Position numbers and translations under genes: made by a program
Assembly (NCBI GenBank): GCA_934754475.1
Contig: CAKVHV010000002.1
Coordinates: forward strand, 951 to 64,950
Source: an uncultured Clostridia bacterium
GTDB taxonomy: Bacteria; Bacillota; Clostridia; Christensenellales; UBA1242
Direction: 5' to 3'
DNA length: 64,000 nt
Notes under the pieces: generated by a model
The model's database searches: none
Seen by the model: the letters and a program-made list of their open reading frames with translations, nothing else
Told to the model about the DNA's origin: nothing
Shown: piece after piece, positions 47,784 to 58,206 of the stretch
Layout: each line of letters starts with the position of its first letter
How positions within the stretch are numbered: the stretch's first letter is position 1

Positions 47784-50700
47784 GTGAAAAAAATTACAAT
47801 TGACGGAAATACCGCTGCGGCAACTATTGCTTATGCACTAAGTGAAGTTGCTACAATCTACCCTATTACACCTAGTTCAACTATGGCAGAACTTTGTGAC
47901 CAATGGTCAGCCGAAGGAAGAACAAACATTTTCGGACACAAAGTCAAAGTTGTCGAAATGCAATCCGAAGGTGGCGCATCTGGTGCTTTGCACGGAAGTC
48001 TATGTTCGGGTGCTTTGACTACTACTTTTACAGCAAGTCAAGGCTTACTACTTATGATTCCAAATATGTACAAGATTGCCGGAGAACTTACACCTTGTGT
48101 TATGCACGTTAGTGCTAGAGCGCTTGCAACCCACGCATTATCTATATTTGGCGACCACTCAGACGTTATGAGTGTTAGACAAACTGGTTGGGCAATGCTA
48201 TGTGCTTCTGGAGTACAAGAAGCTATGGATATGGCACTTGTTGCACATTTGTCTACTCTCAAAAGCAGTGTACCATTTGTTCATTTCTTTGACGGATTTA
48301 GAACAAGCCATGAGATTAACACAATTGAAGATATAGATATTGATAGTATCAAACATTTAGTTCCTTATGACAAAATCAAGGAATTTAAGGCTAGAAGTCT
48401 TAATGCTAACAACCCACATCAACAAGGAACTGCTCAAAATCCAGATATTTACTTCCAAAATAGAGAAACTGCAAATGCCTACTACGACAAAACCCCTGCA
48501 ATTGTTCAAGAATATATGGACGAAGTTGGAAAGATTACTGGCAGACATTATCATCTATTTGATTACTATGGCGATGCTAATGCTGAGAATATTATAGTTA
48601 TCATGGGAAGTGGTGCTAATACAACCGAAGAAACTGTTAAGTATCTTAATTCAAAACAAGGAAAGAAAGTTGGCGTTGTTGTAGTTAGACTATATAGACC
48701 TTTTGATACAAAAGCCTTTGTAGACGCTCTTCCAAAGTCTGCCAAAAATATTGCAGTTTTGGACAGAACCAAAGAACCTGGTAGCAATGGCGAACCTTTG
48801 TACAAAGACGTTGTTTGTGCACTTGCTGAACACAACTTTAAGGCTAATGTTTATGGCGGAAGATACGGACTAGGAAGCAAAGAGTTTACTCCTACAATGG
48901 TTAATGCTGTATATGAAAATTTGGAAAGCTCAACTCCAAAGAACCACTTTACAGTTGGCATAAACGACGATTTAACTCATACTAGCCTTCCACTCATTAA
49001 CAAAATATTCCCTAGTGACGAAAGTGTAACCGCTTGCAAATTCTATGGATTTGGCGGAGACGGAACTGTTAGTGCTAACAAGAGTAGTATCAAAATAATC
49101 GGCAACAATACAGATTTAAATGGTCAAGCATATTTTGAGTACGATAGCAAAAAGAGTGGTAGCGCAACAATAAGCCACCTAAGATTTGGCAAAAACAAGA
49201 TTAACGAAAGTTATTTGCTAGACAATATCGACTTTGTTGCTGTACACAAGGAAGCATATGTAACCAAATACAACCTACTAAACAATATCAAAGATAACGG
49301 AACATTGCTTCTTAACACCGGTTGGACTTTGGACGAATTAGACAAAGTTCTTCCAAATAGAATGAAAAAAGAAATCGCTTCAAAACACATTAATTTCTAT
49401 ACAATAGATGCGGACAAGATTGCTGGAGAAATCGGACTTGGAAACAAGATAAATCTTGTTATGCAATCAGCATTCTTCAAGTTAATTAATATTATCCCAA
49501 TCGAAACCGCTGTATCTGAGATGAAAAAATATGCCGAAAAGAGTTATGGAAGCAAAGGTCAAGCAGTTTTGGATATGAACTTCAAAGCCATAGATAGTGG
49601 TGTTAATAATATCTCCAAAATTGACTACCCTGCATCTTGGGCAGATTTGAATGAAGTAGAAGCAGTTATAGACAACAATTCCGAACAGGAATACTACGAA
49701 AAGATTATCAAACCTATTTCTCGCCTTGAAGGCAATGACTTGCCAGTTAGTGCTTTTGACCCACGTGGAATAGTTCCAACAAATACTGCTAGATTTGAAA
49801 AACGTGGAGTTGCGACTCAACTTCCTTGTTGGCAAAGCGACAAATGTATTCAATGTAATATGTGTGCGTTTGTATGTCCACACGCTGCAATTAGACCACA
49901 TCTTGTTAAACCTGAAAATCTAAACAATGCACCAGATTCCTTCAAGTCTGCAAATGCTATGGCAGAAAAAGATTTGAAATTTGTAATGCAAGTTAGTTCC
50001 AAAGATTGTACTGGTTGTGGAGTTTGTGCTAGTGTTTGCCCTGCTAAGGAAAAAGCAATTTTGATGCAAGATGCAACCAATATCATGGAAGAACAAAACA
50101 AAAATTATGAGTTTGTAAATTCTATTCCAAACGAAAAAAGCGGAGTATTCAAGCCAAACACTGTCAAAGGTAGCCAATACAACATGCCATACTTTGAGTT
50201 CTCAGGTGCTTGTGCTGGATGTGGCGAAACCCCATATCTTAAGGTTATTAGCCAAATGTTTGGAGACAGAATGGTTATTGCTAATGCGACTGGCTGTTCT
50301 AGTATTTATGGCGGTTCATCACCTACTTGTCCGTTTGTAAAAGACAAAAATGGTCATGGAATTGCATGGGCAAATAGTTTGTTTGAAGACAATGCCGAAT
50401 TCGGATATGGAATCAAAATCGGTCACCAAATTCAACAAGACAATTTACGTGCTAATCTAAATAAAATCTATGATACCGAACTAGATAGCGAACTTAACGA
50501 CTTAATCGAAGAATATTCAGGCTCAGACGAAACAAATCGTCAAAGAGAACTAGCCGAACTTATTACAAACAAACTATCATCACTCCAAGTTCCAGACGAA
50601 CTAAAATGTATAAAAGAATCAATTCTTTCAAACAAAAACAACTTTGCAAATGAATCAATTTGGATTGTTGGTGGTGATGGCTGGGCTTATGATATTGGTT

Positions 50701-51302
50701 ACGGCGGTCTTGACCATGTTTTGGCTAGTGGCGAAAATGTTAATATTTTGGTATTGGATACCGAAGTTTACTCAAATACTGGCGGTCAAGCAAGCAAATC
50801 TACCCCAATGGGTGCAATTGCTAAGTTTGCAAGCAACGGAAAACGTACTAACAAAAAAGACCTTGGAATGATTGCCACACAATACAAAAATGTATATGTT
50901 GCCAAAGTTGCAATGGGTGCTGATATGAATCAATTCCTAAAGGCAATTAACGAAGCAGAAAGTTACAACGGGGTTTCAATTATTATCGCATATGCACCAT
51001 GTATCAACCATGGAATCAAAATGGAAAATAGCCAACTCGAAGAAAAGAAAGCAGTTGAAAGCGGATACTGGCATTTATATAGATACAATCCAATGCTTAA
51101 AGAACAAGGCAAAAATCCATTTATCCTAGATAGCAAAGAGCCTACTCTTGATTACGAAGACTTCCTAAAAGGCGAAACTAGATACAAATCCCTACTTGCT
51201 AAGGACGAAGAACTAGCAAACGAACTATTTGAAGAAGCAAAACAAAATGCAATAGATACTTACAATCACTACAAAATGCTTGCTGAAAAATGCGATTATT
51301 AA
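47784..51302 (+). CDS. nifJ: Pyruvate:ferredoxin (flavodoxin) oxidoreductase
   Basis: About 1170 aa, single-chain PFOR layout. Two ferredoxin-type CxxCxxCxxxCP motifs mid-protein and the TPP motif GGDGWAYDIGYGGLDH. GTG 47784 lies 7 nt after AAGGAG. Confidence 0.95.
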   Translation: MKKITIDGNTAAATIAYALSEVATIYPITPSSTMAELCDQWSAEGRTNIFGHKVKVVEMQSEGGASGALHGSLCSGALTTTFTASQGLLLMIPNMYKIAGELTPCVMHVSARALATHALSIFGDHSDVMSVRQTGWAMLCASGVQEAMDMALVAHLSTLKSSVPFVHFFDGFRTSHEINTIEDIDIDSIKHLVPYDKIKEFKARSLNANNPHQQGTAQNPDIYFQNRETANAYYDKTPAIVQEYMDEVGKITGRHYHLFDYYGDANAENIIVIMGSGANTTEETVKYLNSKQGKKVGVVVVRLYRPFDTKAFVDALPKSAKNIAVLDRTKEPGSNGEPLYKDVVCALAEHNFKANVYGGRYGLGSKEFTPTMVNAVYENLESSTPKNHFTVGINDDLTHTSLPLINKIFPSDESVTACKFYGFGGDGTVSANKSSIKIIGNNTDLNGQAYFEYDSKKSGSATISHLRFGKNKINESYLLDNIDFVAVHKEAYVTKYNLLNNIKDNGTLLLNTGWTLDELDKVLPNRMKKEIASKHINFYTIDADKIAGEIGLGNKINLVMQSAFFKLINIIPIETAVSEMKKYAEKSYGSKGQAVLDMNFKAIDSGVNNISKIDYPASWADLNEVEAVIDNNSEQEYYEKIIKPISRLEGNDLPVSAFDPRGIVPTNTARFEKRGVATQLPCWQSDKCIQCNMCAFVCPHAAIRPHLVKPENLNNAPDSFKSANAMAEKDLKFVMQVSSKDCTGCGVCASVCPAKEKAILMQDATNIMEEQNKNYEFVNSIPNEKSGVFKPNTVKGSQYNMPYFEFSGACAGCGETPYLKVISQMFGDRMVIANATGCSSIYGGSSPTCPFVKDKNGHGIAWANSLFEDNAEFGYGIKIGHQIQQDNLRANLNKIYDTELDSELNDLIEEYSGSDETNRQRELAELITNKLSSLQVPDELKCIKESILSNKNNFANESIWIVGGDGWAYDIGYGGLDHVLASGENVNILVLDTEVYSNTGGQASKSTPMGAIAKFASNGKRTNKKDLGMIATQYKNVYVAKVAMGADMNQFLKAINEAESYNGVSIIIAYAPCINHGIKMENSQLEEKKAVESGYWHLYRYNPMLKEQGKNPFILDSKEPTLDYEDFLKGETRYKSLLAKDEELANELFEEAKQNAIDTYNHYKMLAEKCDY

Positions 51303-51419
51303 TTAATTCTTAAGTCAATTTTAACTACTAAAAATTGTATTTTGAAAAAATTAAATTCGAACTAGAACAAATTTAATTTCACCAACACAATTTGTAATTT
51401 TGAATAGTACACAAAAAAA

Positions 51420-51450
51420 TACAGATATTAACTAAATATCTGTATTTTTT
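51420..51450. terminator. Bidirectional terminator between convergent genes
   Basis: tacagatatt-aacta-aatatctgta stem flanked by A7 and T6. Confidence 0.7.
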
Positions 51451-51469
51451 GTTGTTTGCATAGTACTTG

Positions 51470-52801
51470 TTAGATTTCCTTGCCGGATTCTTTATCTTCT
51501 CTAGCTTTAGCATTATTTATTGTTCGTTGATAATTATCTATAAAGTATTCATTAAACTTTCTAATTTTGTCGTCACTTAAACTTTTAGCACAAGTTTCCG
51601 GATGAGATTTGTCGCCTATCAAATCAGTTTTGAACTTGCCAGAATTCCAAATATAGTCATAAATTATGTGTGCTTCTCTACTTAATTCTCGAGAACTTCT
51701 ACGAACAATTTGTCCATCCACATTCTTTGAATCCATACCAAGCCATTCTTTATCTTTTTTAACACTAGAATGTAAAGAATAAGCAATAGTTTTTCCACTT
51801 GGGTCTTGTATATTATAGTACCCAGCATCGTTTATTTTACCCTTGCCTTCTGCAATAGCCTTTTGCACTTCGTTTTTGCAATACTCATCATACCAATCAT
51901 AAGCATCTTTGATAAGTTTAAGAGTTGTCAAATTGGTTGTATCTACAAATTCTACAGTTTTGGTTTCCTTTGGTGGAGTTGTTTGTGTATTCTGTGAAGT
52001 TTGAGAAAAATTAAATGAGTATGTTTTTCCTTCAACCTTTCTTTCTGGCTCTGATTGAAACTTGGTTGCCGACTGACTAGTTGATGAATTAGTAGCAGTT
52101 CTCCCATTTACTTCACTTTCTATCTTCGACAAGTCTACACCCATTCTTTTCCACATGTCAGAATTATTATCTGGATATACATCAATATTTTTATCAATCC
52201 AATGCGGTGGTTCATTTTCATACAATTTAATTATATTTTTATAATCATCTTTAGTAGTCTTAATATCAAGCGAATTAAATAATTCATAAATATTCCTTAT
52301 ATTGGCAACATGCATAATTGTCTCGTGACTATTTTTCATAAAATTCATATCTTGCTTTTTATCGTACATTTTACTAGCAATTCCAATTGCCTTTTGAAAA
52401 GAAACATATAATCTAGCAAGTGATTCATTTTTTATTTGGTGTCCATTTTTTATTCCCGCTTCAACAAATTGAATCATTGTTCTAAAATCAATATCTTTAT
52501 ATTCACCTTTGCGTTTTAGTCTTTCTGAGAAATCTTCGGGAGTAACTTTAATATTATCTTTGGAATTTAGTCTATCAATCAAATTAGATATTGCGTTGTC
52601 CAAAATGATATCAAACTGAAGTTCCATATCAGCCTTTTTAATTTTCGCATCTTTAATAAATTGCTTTCTTTCTTCTTCTACTCTCTCTTCGTACTTTCGT
52701 CTATTTATTGTTCTCTCCAAAAATCCATTTGGTTTTGGTTTTATAAAAACCGGGGTTGCAGTATACCCATTAATATAATTTAATATTTCTTCTTTTGTCA
52801 T
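51470..52801 (-). CDS. Hypothetical two-domain protein (443 aa) with S/T/Q-rich linker
   Basis: ATG 52801 lies 6 nt after AAGGA. No signal peptide and no recognised family. Confidence 0.6.
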   Translation of the reverse strand: MTKEEILNYINGYTATPVFIKPKPNGFLERTINRRKYEERVEEERKQFIKDAKIKKADMELQFDIILDNAISNLIDRLNSKDNIKVTPEDFSERLKRKGEYKDIDFRTMIQFVEAGIKNGHQIKNESLARLYVSFQKAIGIASKMYDKKQDMNFMKNSHETIMHVANIRNIYELFNSLDIKTTKDDYKNIIKLYENEPPHWIDKNIDVYPDNNSDMWKRMGVDLSKIESEVNGRTATNSSTSQSATKFQSEPERKVEGKTYSFNFSQTSQNTQTTPPKETKTVEFVDTTNLTTLKLIKDAYDWYDEYCKNEVQKAIAEGKGKINDAGYYNIQDPSGKTIAYSLHSSVKKDKEWLGMDSKNVDGQIVRRSSRELSREAHIIYDYIWNSGKFKTDLIGDKSHPETCAKSLSDDKIRKFNEYFIDNYQRTINNAKAREDKESGKEI

Positions 52802-52857
52802 ATGCTATTCCTTAAAATTTATTTGCATTTTGTCAGTTTTTCCATTCTATTAACCTT

Positions 52858-52888
52858 AGTATACCCCCCCCCCAAGGAATTTTGTCAA
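52858..52888 (-). promoter_or_regulatory. Near-consensus promoter with a G10 tract in a 19-nt spacer
   Basis: The minus strand reads TTGACA-aaattcctt-GGGGGGGGGG-TATACT. The -10 box ends 56 nt upstream of ATG 52801. Confidence 0.6.
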
Positions 52889-53302
52889 CTAAAAATGGCA
52901 TAATATGCCTTATTTTTTAATTTTAATAACAAAAAAACACCGATTATTAAAGCACACTAAATAATATAGAGTAAAACTTAAATAATTGGTGTTTTGCTGG
53001 GTCAAAAGTTACTGCAAAAGTACAATTTGTCAGTCACTGCCCAAAAGTATAATGTTGACATATAAAGTTATATGTTCATTACATTAGTAGAATATCTAAA
53101 AATTAATTTTTTATTCAATTTTCAAAAATTTTTTTGTTAAACCTTACAAAAATGATTTCAAAATTATACTAAACTTTCAAAAACATTTCAAATTCAGTAT
53201 GCCAAAACATATTAATTATTTTAAACAAAAAAAGGAGTGATTAACAACCATACTCAAGATTAATCACTTTCCTTATATTTAATATTTGTAATAATTCAAA
53301 AA

Positions 53303-55300
53303 TTATACAATAGATAATATTTTATCTCTATTTTTTTTGATAACAGCAATCATTTCCTTAGACATTTCGTCCGCTGTCAAGCCAAATCTTTCGTAGAGTT
53401 CACTTGGCTTTGCACTTCCGCCAAAATCGTCTACACCAAAGCATTTTCCAAACTTTCCAACATATTTATACCAATTAGAAGTTGCACCCGCTTCAATTGA
53501 AAATATGGATTTCATGTTTGGTGGAACAATAGAATTCTTATATTTCTCAGATTGTTTATCAAATAAATTAGTACAAGGCATTGATACAACTCTAACATTA
53601 TATCCTTTGCACTTAAGCATTTCTTTGCACTCCAAAGCAAGTGTTACTTCGCTACCAGTTGCAATAATTACCGCATTAAGTTCACCCCTATCTTCCTTAG
53701 ACAAGATATATCCGCCAAATCTAACATCCTTAATATCACATTCAAATTCTCTCAAAGGTTGTCTTGAAAGCACGATATTACTTGGAAGATTGGAATTAAG
53801 TGCAATTTCGAAACTTGCCTTAGTTTCAGTCAAATTTGCTGGACGGAATGTATACATATTTGGAATATCTCTAAGGGCATTTAGTTGTTCGCAAGGCTCG
53901 TGTGTCGCACCATCTTCGCCGACTGCTATACTATCGTGTGTAAACACAGAAATACATTTAAGCCCCATAAGCGCTCTTAGTCTAAGCGATGCTTTCATAT
54001 AATCACTAAAGGACATAAAAGTACTATCTACAGGCACTAACCCGCCATACAACGCAATTCCATTAGAAATACATCCCATAGCAAATTCTCTGATGCCAAA
54101 CTTAATATTTCTATTTGCGAAATTATCGTTTACAAAGCCACTATCGTTATATTTAACTTTTGTACTCGAACTCAAATCTGCCGAACCACAAATAATATTT
54201 GGATATGCCTTGCAAAGTTCTTGCAAAACAAGATTTCCTAAGTCTCTACCCGAAGTATCTTTGAGTACACTTACATCATTCAAAAACGTTTCTGTATTTT
54301 CAAATTTTTTGGATATAAATTGTTGCAAAAGTTTGTAGTCACCAGGATATGCTCTTGAATAAGATTTTATACGGTCTTTTAAGGTCTTTTTGAAAGTATC
54401 AAATCTTTTTCTTAAGAATACAAAGTCTCTTTGAACATCTTTGTCTAACTCAAATGGATTTGTATTTACGCCCAATTTTTCTCTTAATAATTTAACGTTC
54501 TCTACACCTAACAAACTTCCATGAGATTTGTTGCTATCTTGCAAAGCACTTCCAAAGCCAATATGAGTACGAATTTGAATAAAACTAGGTTTATCCTTGC
54601 TTTTTTTGGCTAAATTAATTGCTTCGACAATTTGTTTGACATCATTTCCATCAGCAACATCAATAGTATTAAACCCAAGGCTTTGCATATAAGACAAAGT
54701 ATTTTGATTCATAACACCATTTATATCACTATCTAATGTTACCTTGTTGCAATCATACAAAACAATTAATTTATTAAGTCCAAGCGAACCCGCCAAACTC
54801 AATGCTTCATACGAAACACCTTCCATAAGACAGCCTTCGCCCACAAGAGCAAATGTATAGTTATCAAATAGAGTAATATCCGCTTTGTTGAATTTACTTG
54901 CCATAATCCTTTGGGCAATCGCAAGACCAACTGCACTGGCAACACCCTGTCCCAAAGGCCCAGTAGTTGCATCCACACCGGGAACAATGCCATATTCAGG
55001 ATGACCGGGAGTTATACTTCCGTTTTTTCTAAATCTCTTTAGGTCATCCATTGAAATATTATAACCAAAGGCATGAAGTGTTGCATATAGTATGCTACTT
55101 CCATGGCCAGCAGACATAACAAATCTATCTCTAAAGATATTTTTGTCGTCATCTGGTGTTACATTCAAAACCTTTGAATATAGCCCATAAAGAATTGGTG
55201 CCGAACCCAAAGCAATCCCCGGATGCCCACTACCAGCATTTTCTATCATGTCGACTGCTAAAATTCTTAAATTATTAATATTTTTGTTATCCATTTCCAT
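53303..55300 (-). CDS. tkt: Transketolase
   Basis: GSGHPG, GEGCLMEG and THDSIAVGEDGATHEP motifs. 665 aa. Confidence 0.95.
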   Translation of the reverse strand: MEMDNKNINNLRILAVDMIENAGSGHPGIALGSAPILYGLYSKVLNVTPDDDKNIFRDRFVMSAGHGSSILYATLHAFGYNISMDDLKRFRKNGSITPGHPEYGIVPGVDATTGPLGQGVASAVGLAIAQRIMASKFNKADITLFDNYTFALVGEGCLMEGVSYEALSLAGSLGLNKLIVLYDCNKVTLDSDINGVMNQNTLSYMQSLGFNTIDVADGNDVKQIVEAINLAKKSKDKPSFIQIRTHIGFGSALQDSNKSHGSLLGVENVKLLREKLGVNTNPFELDKDVQRDFVFLRKRFDTFKKTLKDRIKSYSRAYPGDYKLLQQFISKKFENTETFLNDVSVLKDTSGRDLGNLVLQELCKAYPNIICGSADLSSSTKVKYNDSGFVNDNFANRNIKFGIREFAMGCISNGIALYGGLVPVDSTFMSFSDYMKASLRLRALMGLKCISVFTHDSIAVGEDGATHEPCEQLNALRDIPNMYTFRPANLTETKASFEIALNSNLPSNIVLSRQPLREFECDIKDVRFGGYILSKEDRGELNAVIIATGSEVTLALECKEMLKCKGYNVRVVSMPCTNLFDKQSEKYKNSIVPPNMKSIFSIEAGATSNWYKYVGKFGKCFGVDDFGGSAKPSELYERFGLTADEMSKEMIAVIKKNRDKILSIV

Positions 55301-55315
55301 TTTTATAGTTTTCCT

Positions 55316-55819
55316 TTAAGAATAATATTTTACTATTTCTTCCAAGAATTTATCTTGTAATTCCTTTCCAGACAATTCCAAACAATCAACCACAATATCT
55401 GCTTTCTTTTCGCAAATAAAGTTTCTATCTTCGAACAAATCCAAATTAATTAGTTTCACACTGCTTGACAGATTTTTACATAGTTCCAAAGATTTATATT
55501 TATTTTTGTCAATTTTAAGATAAACAATTATACATGAATTTTTCAAAATTTCAAAGTTAATATCGCTATTTAACAATTGATATTCTACATTCAAAATAGT
55601 ATTTTCATATGAACAAATCCGTTTGATTATCGAAGTTTCTTTTTTCTCCAAATAATCTTTACCGCAAACTTCTTCCATTTTGTGCATATCAAAAAGTTCA
55701 AACTCGACAATCTTTTGAACATTAGCATAATACATTTCTAATTTTTTTGATAGCTCTAAGCCAAACTGGTCTACAAATTGGTTTGATAAGCCAATAAGGC
55801 ATATGTTCGCTTTTGGCAT
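55316..55819 (-). CDS. Shikimate-kinase-like protein lacking a Walker A P-loop
   Basis: NICLIGLSNQFVDQFGLELSKKLEMYYANVQKIVE aligns by eye with AroK [35 protein letters not shown], but GxxGxGKS is replaced by GLSNQFVD. ATG 55819 follows GGGAGAGG. Confidence 0.45.
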   Translation of the reverse strand: MPKANICLIGLSNQFVDQFGLELSKKLEMYYANVQKIVEFELFDMHKMEEVCGKDYLEKKETSIIKRICSYENTILNVEYQLLNSDINFEILKNSCIIVYLKIDKNKYKSLELCKNLSSSVKLINLDLFEDRNFICEKKADIVVDCLELSGKELQDKFLEEIVKYYS

Positions 55820-55981
55820 ATTACACCTCTCCCAGTTAGATTTTAATTTTAAAACATAAATATTTCTGACACCTTCAAAAACGAATTTTAAATCTAACAT
55901 TTAATTTATTTAATATCTTTGATATTATATTTTAATTTTACAATAATTTTACAAGTTTTACAATAGTATTTAAACAAGAAT

Positions 55982-57133
55982 TTAAAATTTATTTGAATTT
56001 GTTTCAGAATTTTTTGCTTCATTTTGTTTGTATTTTTCAAATCTTTTGTTTTGGAGTACAAAGCGAATGTCTTTCTTCCACACTTTAATTTGTGGAAGAA
56101 TAATTATGTAAATTATAAATACAGATACAATTATTGTATAGATATAGTAGTTGGCAAAATTGTATGTATCTATATTTTTTATTATATCAACTGTTGTGTT
56201 GTTATCAAAAGTAATAACAATATTTCCGTCATCCAAAGTTGTATAATAATTTGAAAACAAGTCTGTCTCATTATTTTTGTCATATTCAAGTAGTCTTTGA
56301 ACTGTGTCATTAGCGGGATGACCATATGTATTTACACCACAACAAGCAACTGCAATTTTTGGCGAAGTAACTTCCAAAAATTCGTATGAATTTGAGTATT
56401 TGCTTCCGTGATGAGATAGTTTGAGAATATCCACATCAAGCATTTCGCTTGGATATTTTCTAAGTAACTTTTCTTCTGTTTCGCTTGAAATATCACCAGC
56501 AAGCAAAATTTTTGTATTATTATCTTCGATTATAATAGTTGGCGAAAACTCATTTGTCTCAATTTGATTCAAGTCATGAAAGTAACCAAGTACGGACAAA
56601 ATATTTATATTAATTCCATCCGAACTCAAACTTTGTTCACTCGAAAATTTTGTGGGAATTTCAAGTTTATTTAGAGTTTGAATGACTTGTCTATATGTAA
56701 GATTTTCACAATATGGTGTCTTATTTTCAAATAGTTCATAAATTTCTGGTCTAAAAAACTCTTTAACATTGTAGTTATTTAGAATAAACTCCATATTTCC
56801 GCTATGGTCAACATCTGGATGAGTAAGCAAAACATAGTCCAAAGTTTTTGAGTTATCCAAGACCACGTTATCTAAGTAGTATTGTAATTTGTGTTGATAC
56901 TCTTTTGTTCCACTATCAACAAGCATTGTCTTCCCATTAGAAAACTTAATTGCGATTGCATCACCTTGACCTACATCAATAAAATGGACTTGAGTTTCAA
57001 AAGATTTTGTTATATTTGGTTTTAATTTTAAAAAAATTTCCATTTGGCTTGAGAAAAAATTAGATACTATAACTAGCACTAACAAAACGAGTAAAACTAT
57101 GTTTCTAATCGTTCCACTTTTGGATTTAATCAT
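55982..57133 (-). CDS. ComEC/Rec2-related metallo-beta-lactamase-fold protein, membrane anchored
   Basis: HFIDVGQGDAIAI and LLTHPDVDHSGN motifs, with N- and C-terminal TM helices. Confidence 0.65.
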   Translation of the reverse strand: MIKSKSGTIRNIVLLVLLVLVIVSNFFSSQMEIFLKLKPNITKSFETQVHFIDVGQGDAIAIKFSNGKTMLVDSGTKEYQHKLQYYLDNVVLDNSKTLDYVLLTHPDVDHSGNMEFILNNYNVKEFFRPEIYELFENKTPYCENLTYRQVIQTLNKLEIPTKFSSEQSLSSDGININILSVLGYFHDLNQIETNEFSPTIIIEDNNTKILLAGDISSETEEKLLRKYPSEMLDVDILKLSHHGSKYSNSYEFLEVTSPKIAVACCGVNTYGHPANDTVQRLLEYDKNNETDLFSNYYTTLDDGNIVITFDNNTTVDIIKNIDTYNFANYYIYTIIVSVFIIYIIILPQIKVWKKDIRFVLQNKRFEKYKQNEAKNSETNSNKF

Positions 57134-57971
57134 CAGTATATTTTTTTAAACTCCACCAATGTTTTCTTAATTTTTTCTTTCTAAAAAGGCTTTTAATTTC
57201 GGGAATCATCTTTTTTGTTGCATTGTAACCTTCTTCAATCATTTCAATCATCCCAGTTGTTTTGGATGCGCTAAATCTCTTTAAATCGGGTTTAATCATA
57301 ATATCCGAGTTTAAATAGCCTTTGATTGCATTGCTTTTCATCATAACCCTAACACTAGTCATGAGCAAATCAAAATATTTTTTTGAGTCAGTTCCGTTGC
57401 CACGTGTTGAATTAATATCAATTGAAACCACCGCATCACAGCCAAGTTTTCTCAAAACATCAGCCGGGATAGTGTTTTGAAGTCCACCATCAAACAAGAG
57501 TTTATCTTCAAATTCAACAGCATTAAAGACGGTAGGAACTGCACAACTTCCAGCCAAAGCCTTGCACAAACGACCTTTTGTAATATCTACTTCATTTCCG
57601 CTAACCATATCCACAGCAACCGCACAAAATGGTGTTTTTAAGTCTTCGATATTTATATCTCCAACTGTTTGGATAATGATTTTTTCGATACTTTCGGTTG
57701 AACTAGGCATAAAAGGTATTACGTTTTTTCTTATATCTTTGACTCTTATTTTTGTAGCAATATCTTGCATTTCTTGGCTAGTTACACCAAATGCAAGCAT
57801 CGCACCAATTACTGAGCCAATTGAAGTTCCGCTAATATAGTCAAACTTAATATTTGCTTCTTCAAAAGCCCTAACAGCGCCAATCAAAGCAAAACCCCTA
57901 GCACCACCACCGCCAAGAGCAAGACCAATTTTACGATATTTTTTTAGTTTTGGAGCAACTAGTATTTCCAT
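57126..57971 (-). CDS. Patatin-like phospholipase
   Basis: GGGGARG oxyanion motif, GTSIG nucleophile elbow and the DGG of the catalytic dyad. ATG 57971 follows GGGAG. Confidence 0.8.
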   Translation of the reverse strand: MEILVAPKLKKYRKIGLALGGGGARGFALIGAVRAFEEANIKFDYISGTSIGSVIGAMLAFGVTSQEMQDIATKIRVKDIRKNVIPFMPSSTESIEKIIIQTVGDINIEDLKTPFCAVAVDMVSGNEVDITKGRLCKALAGSCAVPTVFNAVEFEDKLLFDGGLQNTIPADVLRKLGCDAVVSIDINSTRGNGTDSKKYFDLLMTSVRVMMKSNAIKGYLNSDIMIKPDLKRFSASKTTGMIEMIEEGYNATKKMIPEIKSLFRKKKLRKHWWSLKKYTDD

Positions 57972-58206
57972 AAAATCTCCCACAAATCAATTTATCAAAA
58001 GTAATTCTTATATAAGAGTATACCCTAAATTAGGTTTGAGTACAAACAAATTTAAACATTAATATTATTAGATATTTGTTTAAGTATTTCCAAAATGATT
58101 GAAAAAAAGAACAAAATATTATACAATCTAACTAAGACAAGATATAATTTATCTTAAAATTAAGATTATTCAAGTTATTAAACAATCCACACTAAGGAGA
58201 AAATTA

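Noticed and set aside
51441-51466. About 25 nt, tttttgt..tttgcatagtactt, shared with 62110-62135
   Set aside because: The match is short and imperfect (three mismatches). One copy lies 3' of a gene and the other 5' of a gene, so there is no consistent structure or position.
52935-52994. 14-bp stem with a 32-nt loop (aaacaccgattatt / aataattggtgttt) in the 340-nt gap between tkt and the G10 promoter
   Set aside because: On the minus strand it is followed by a T-run and most simply acts as an additional terminator after tkt. It is a single copy with no other evidence for an sRNA.
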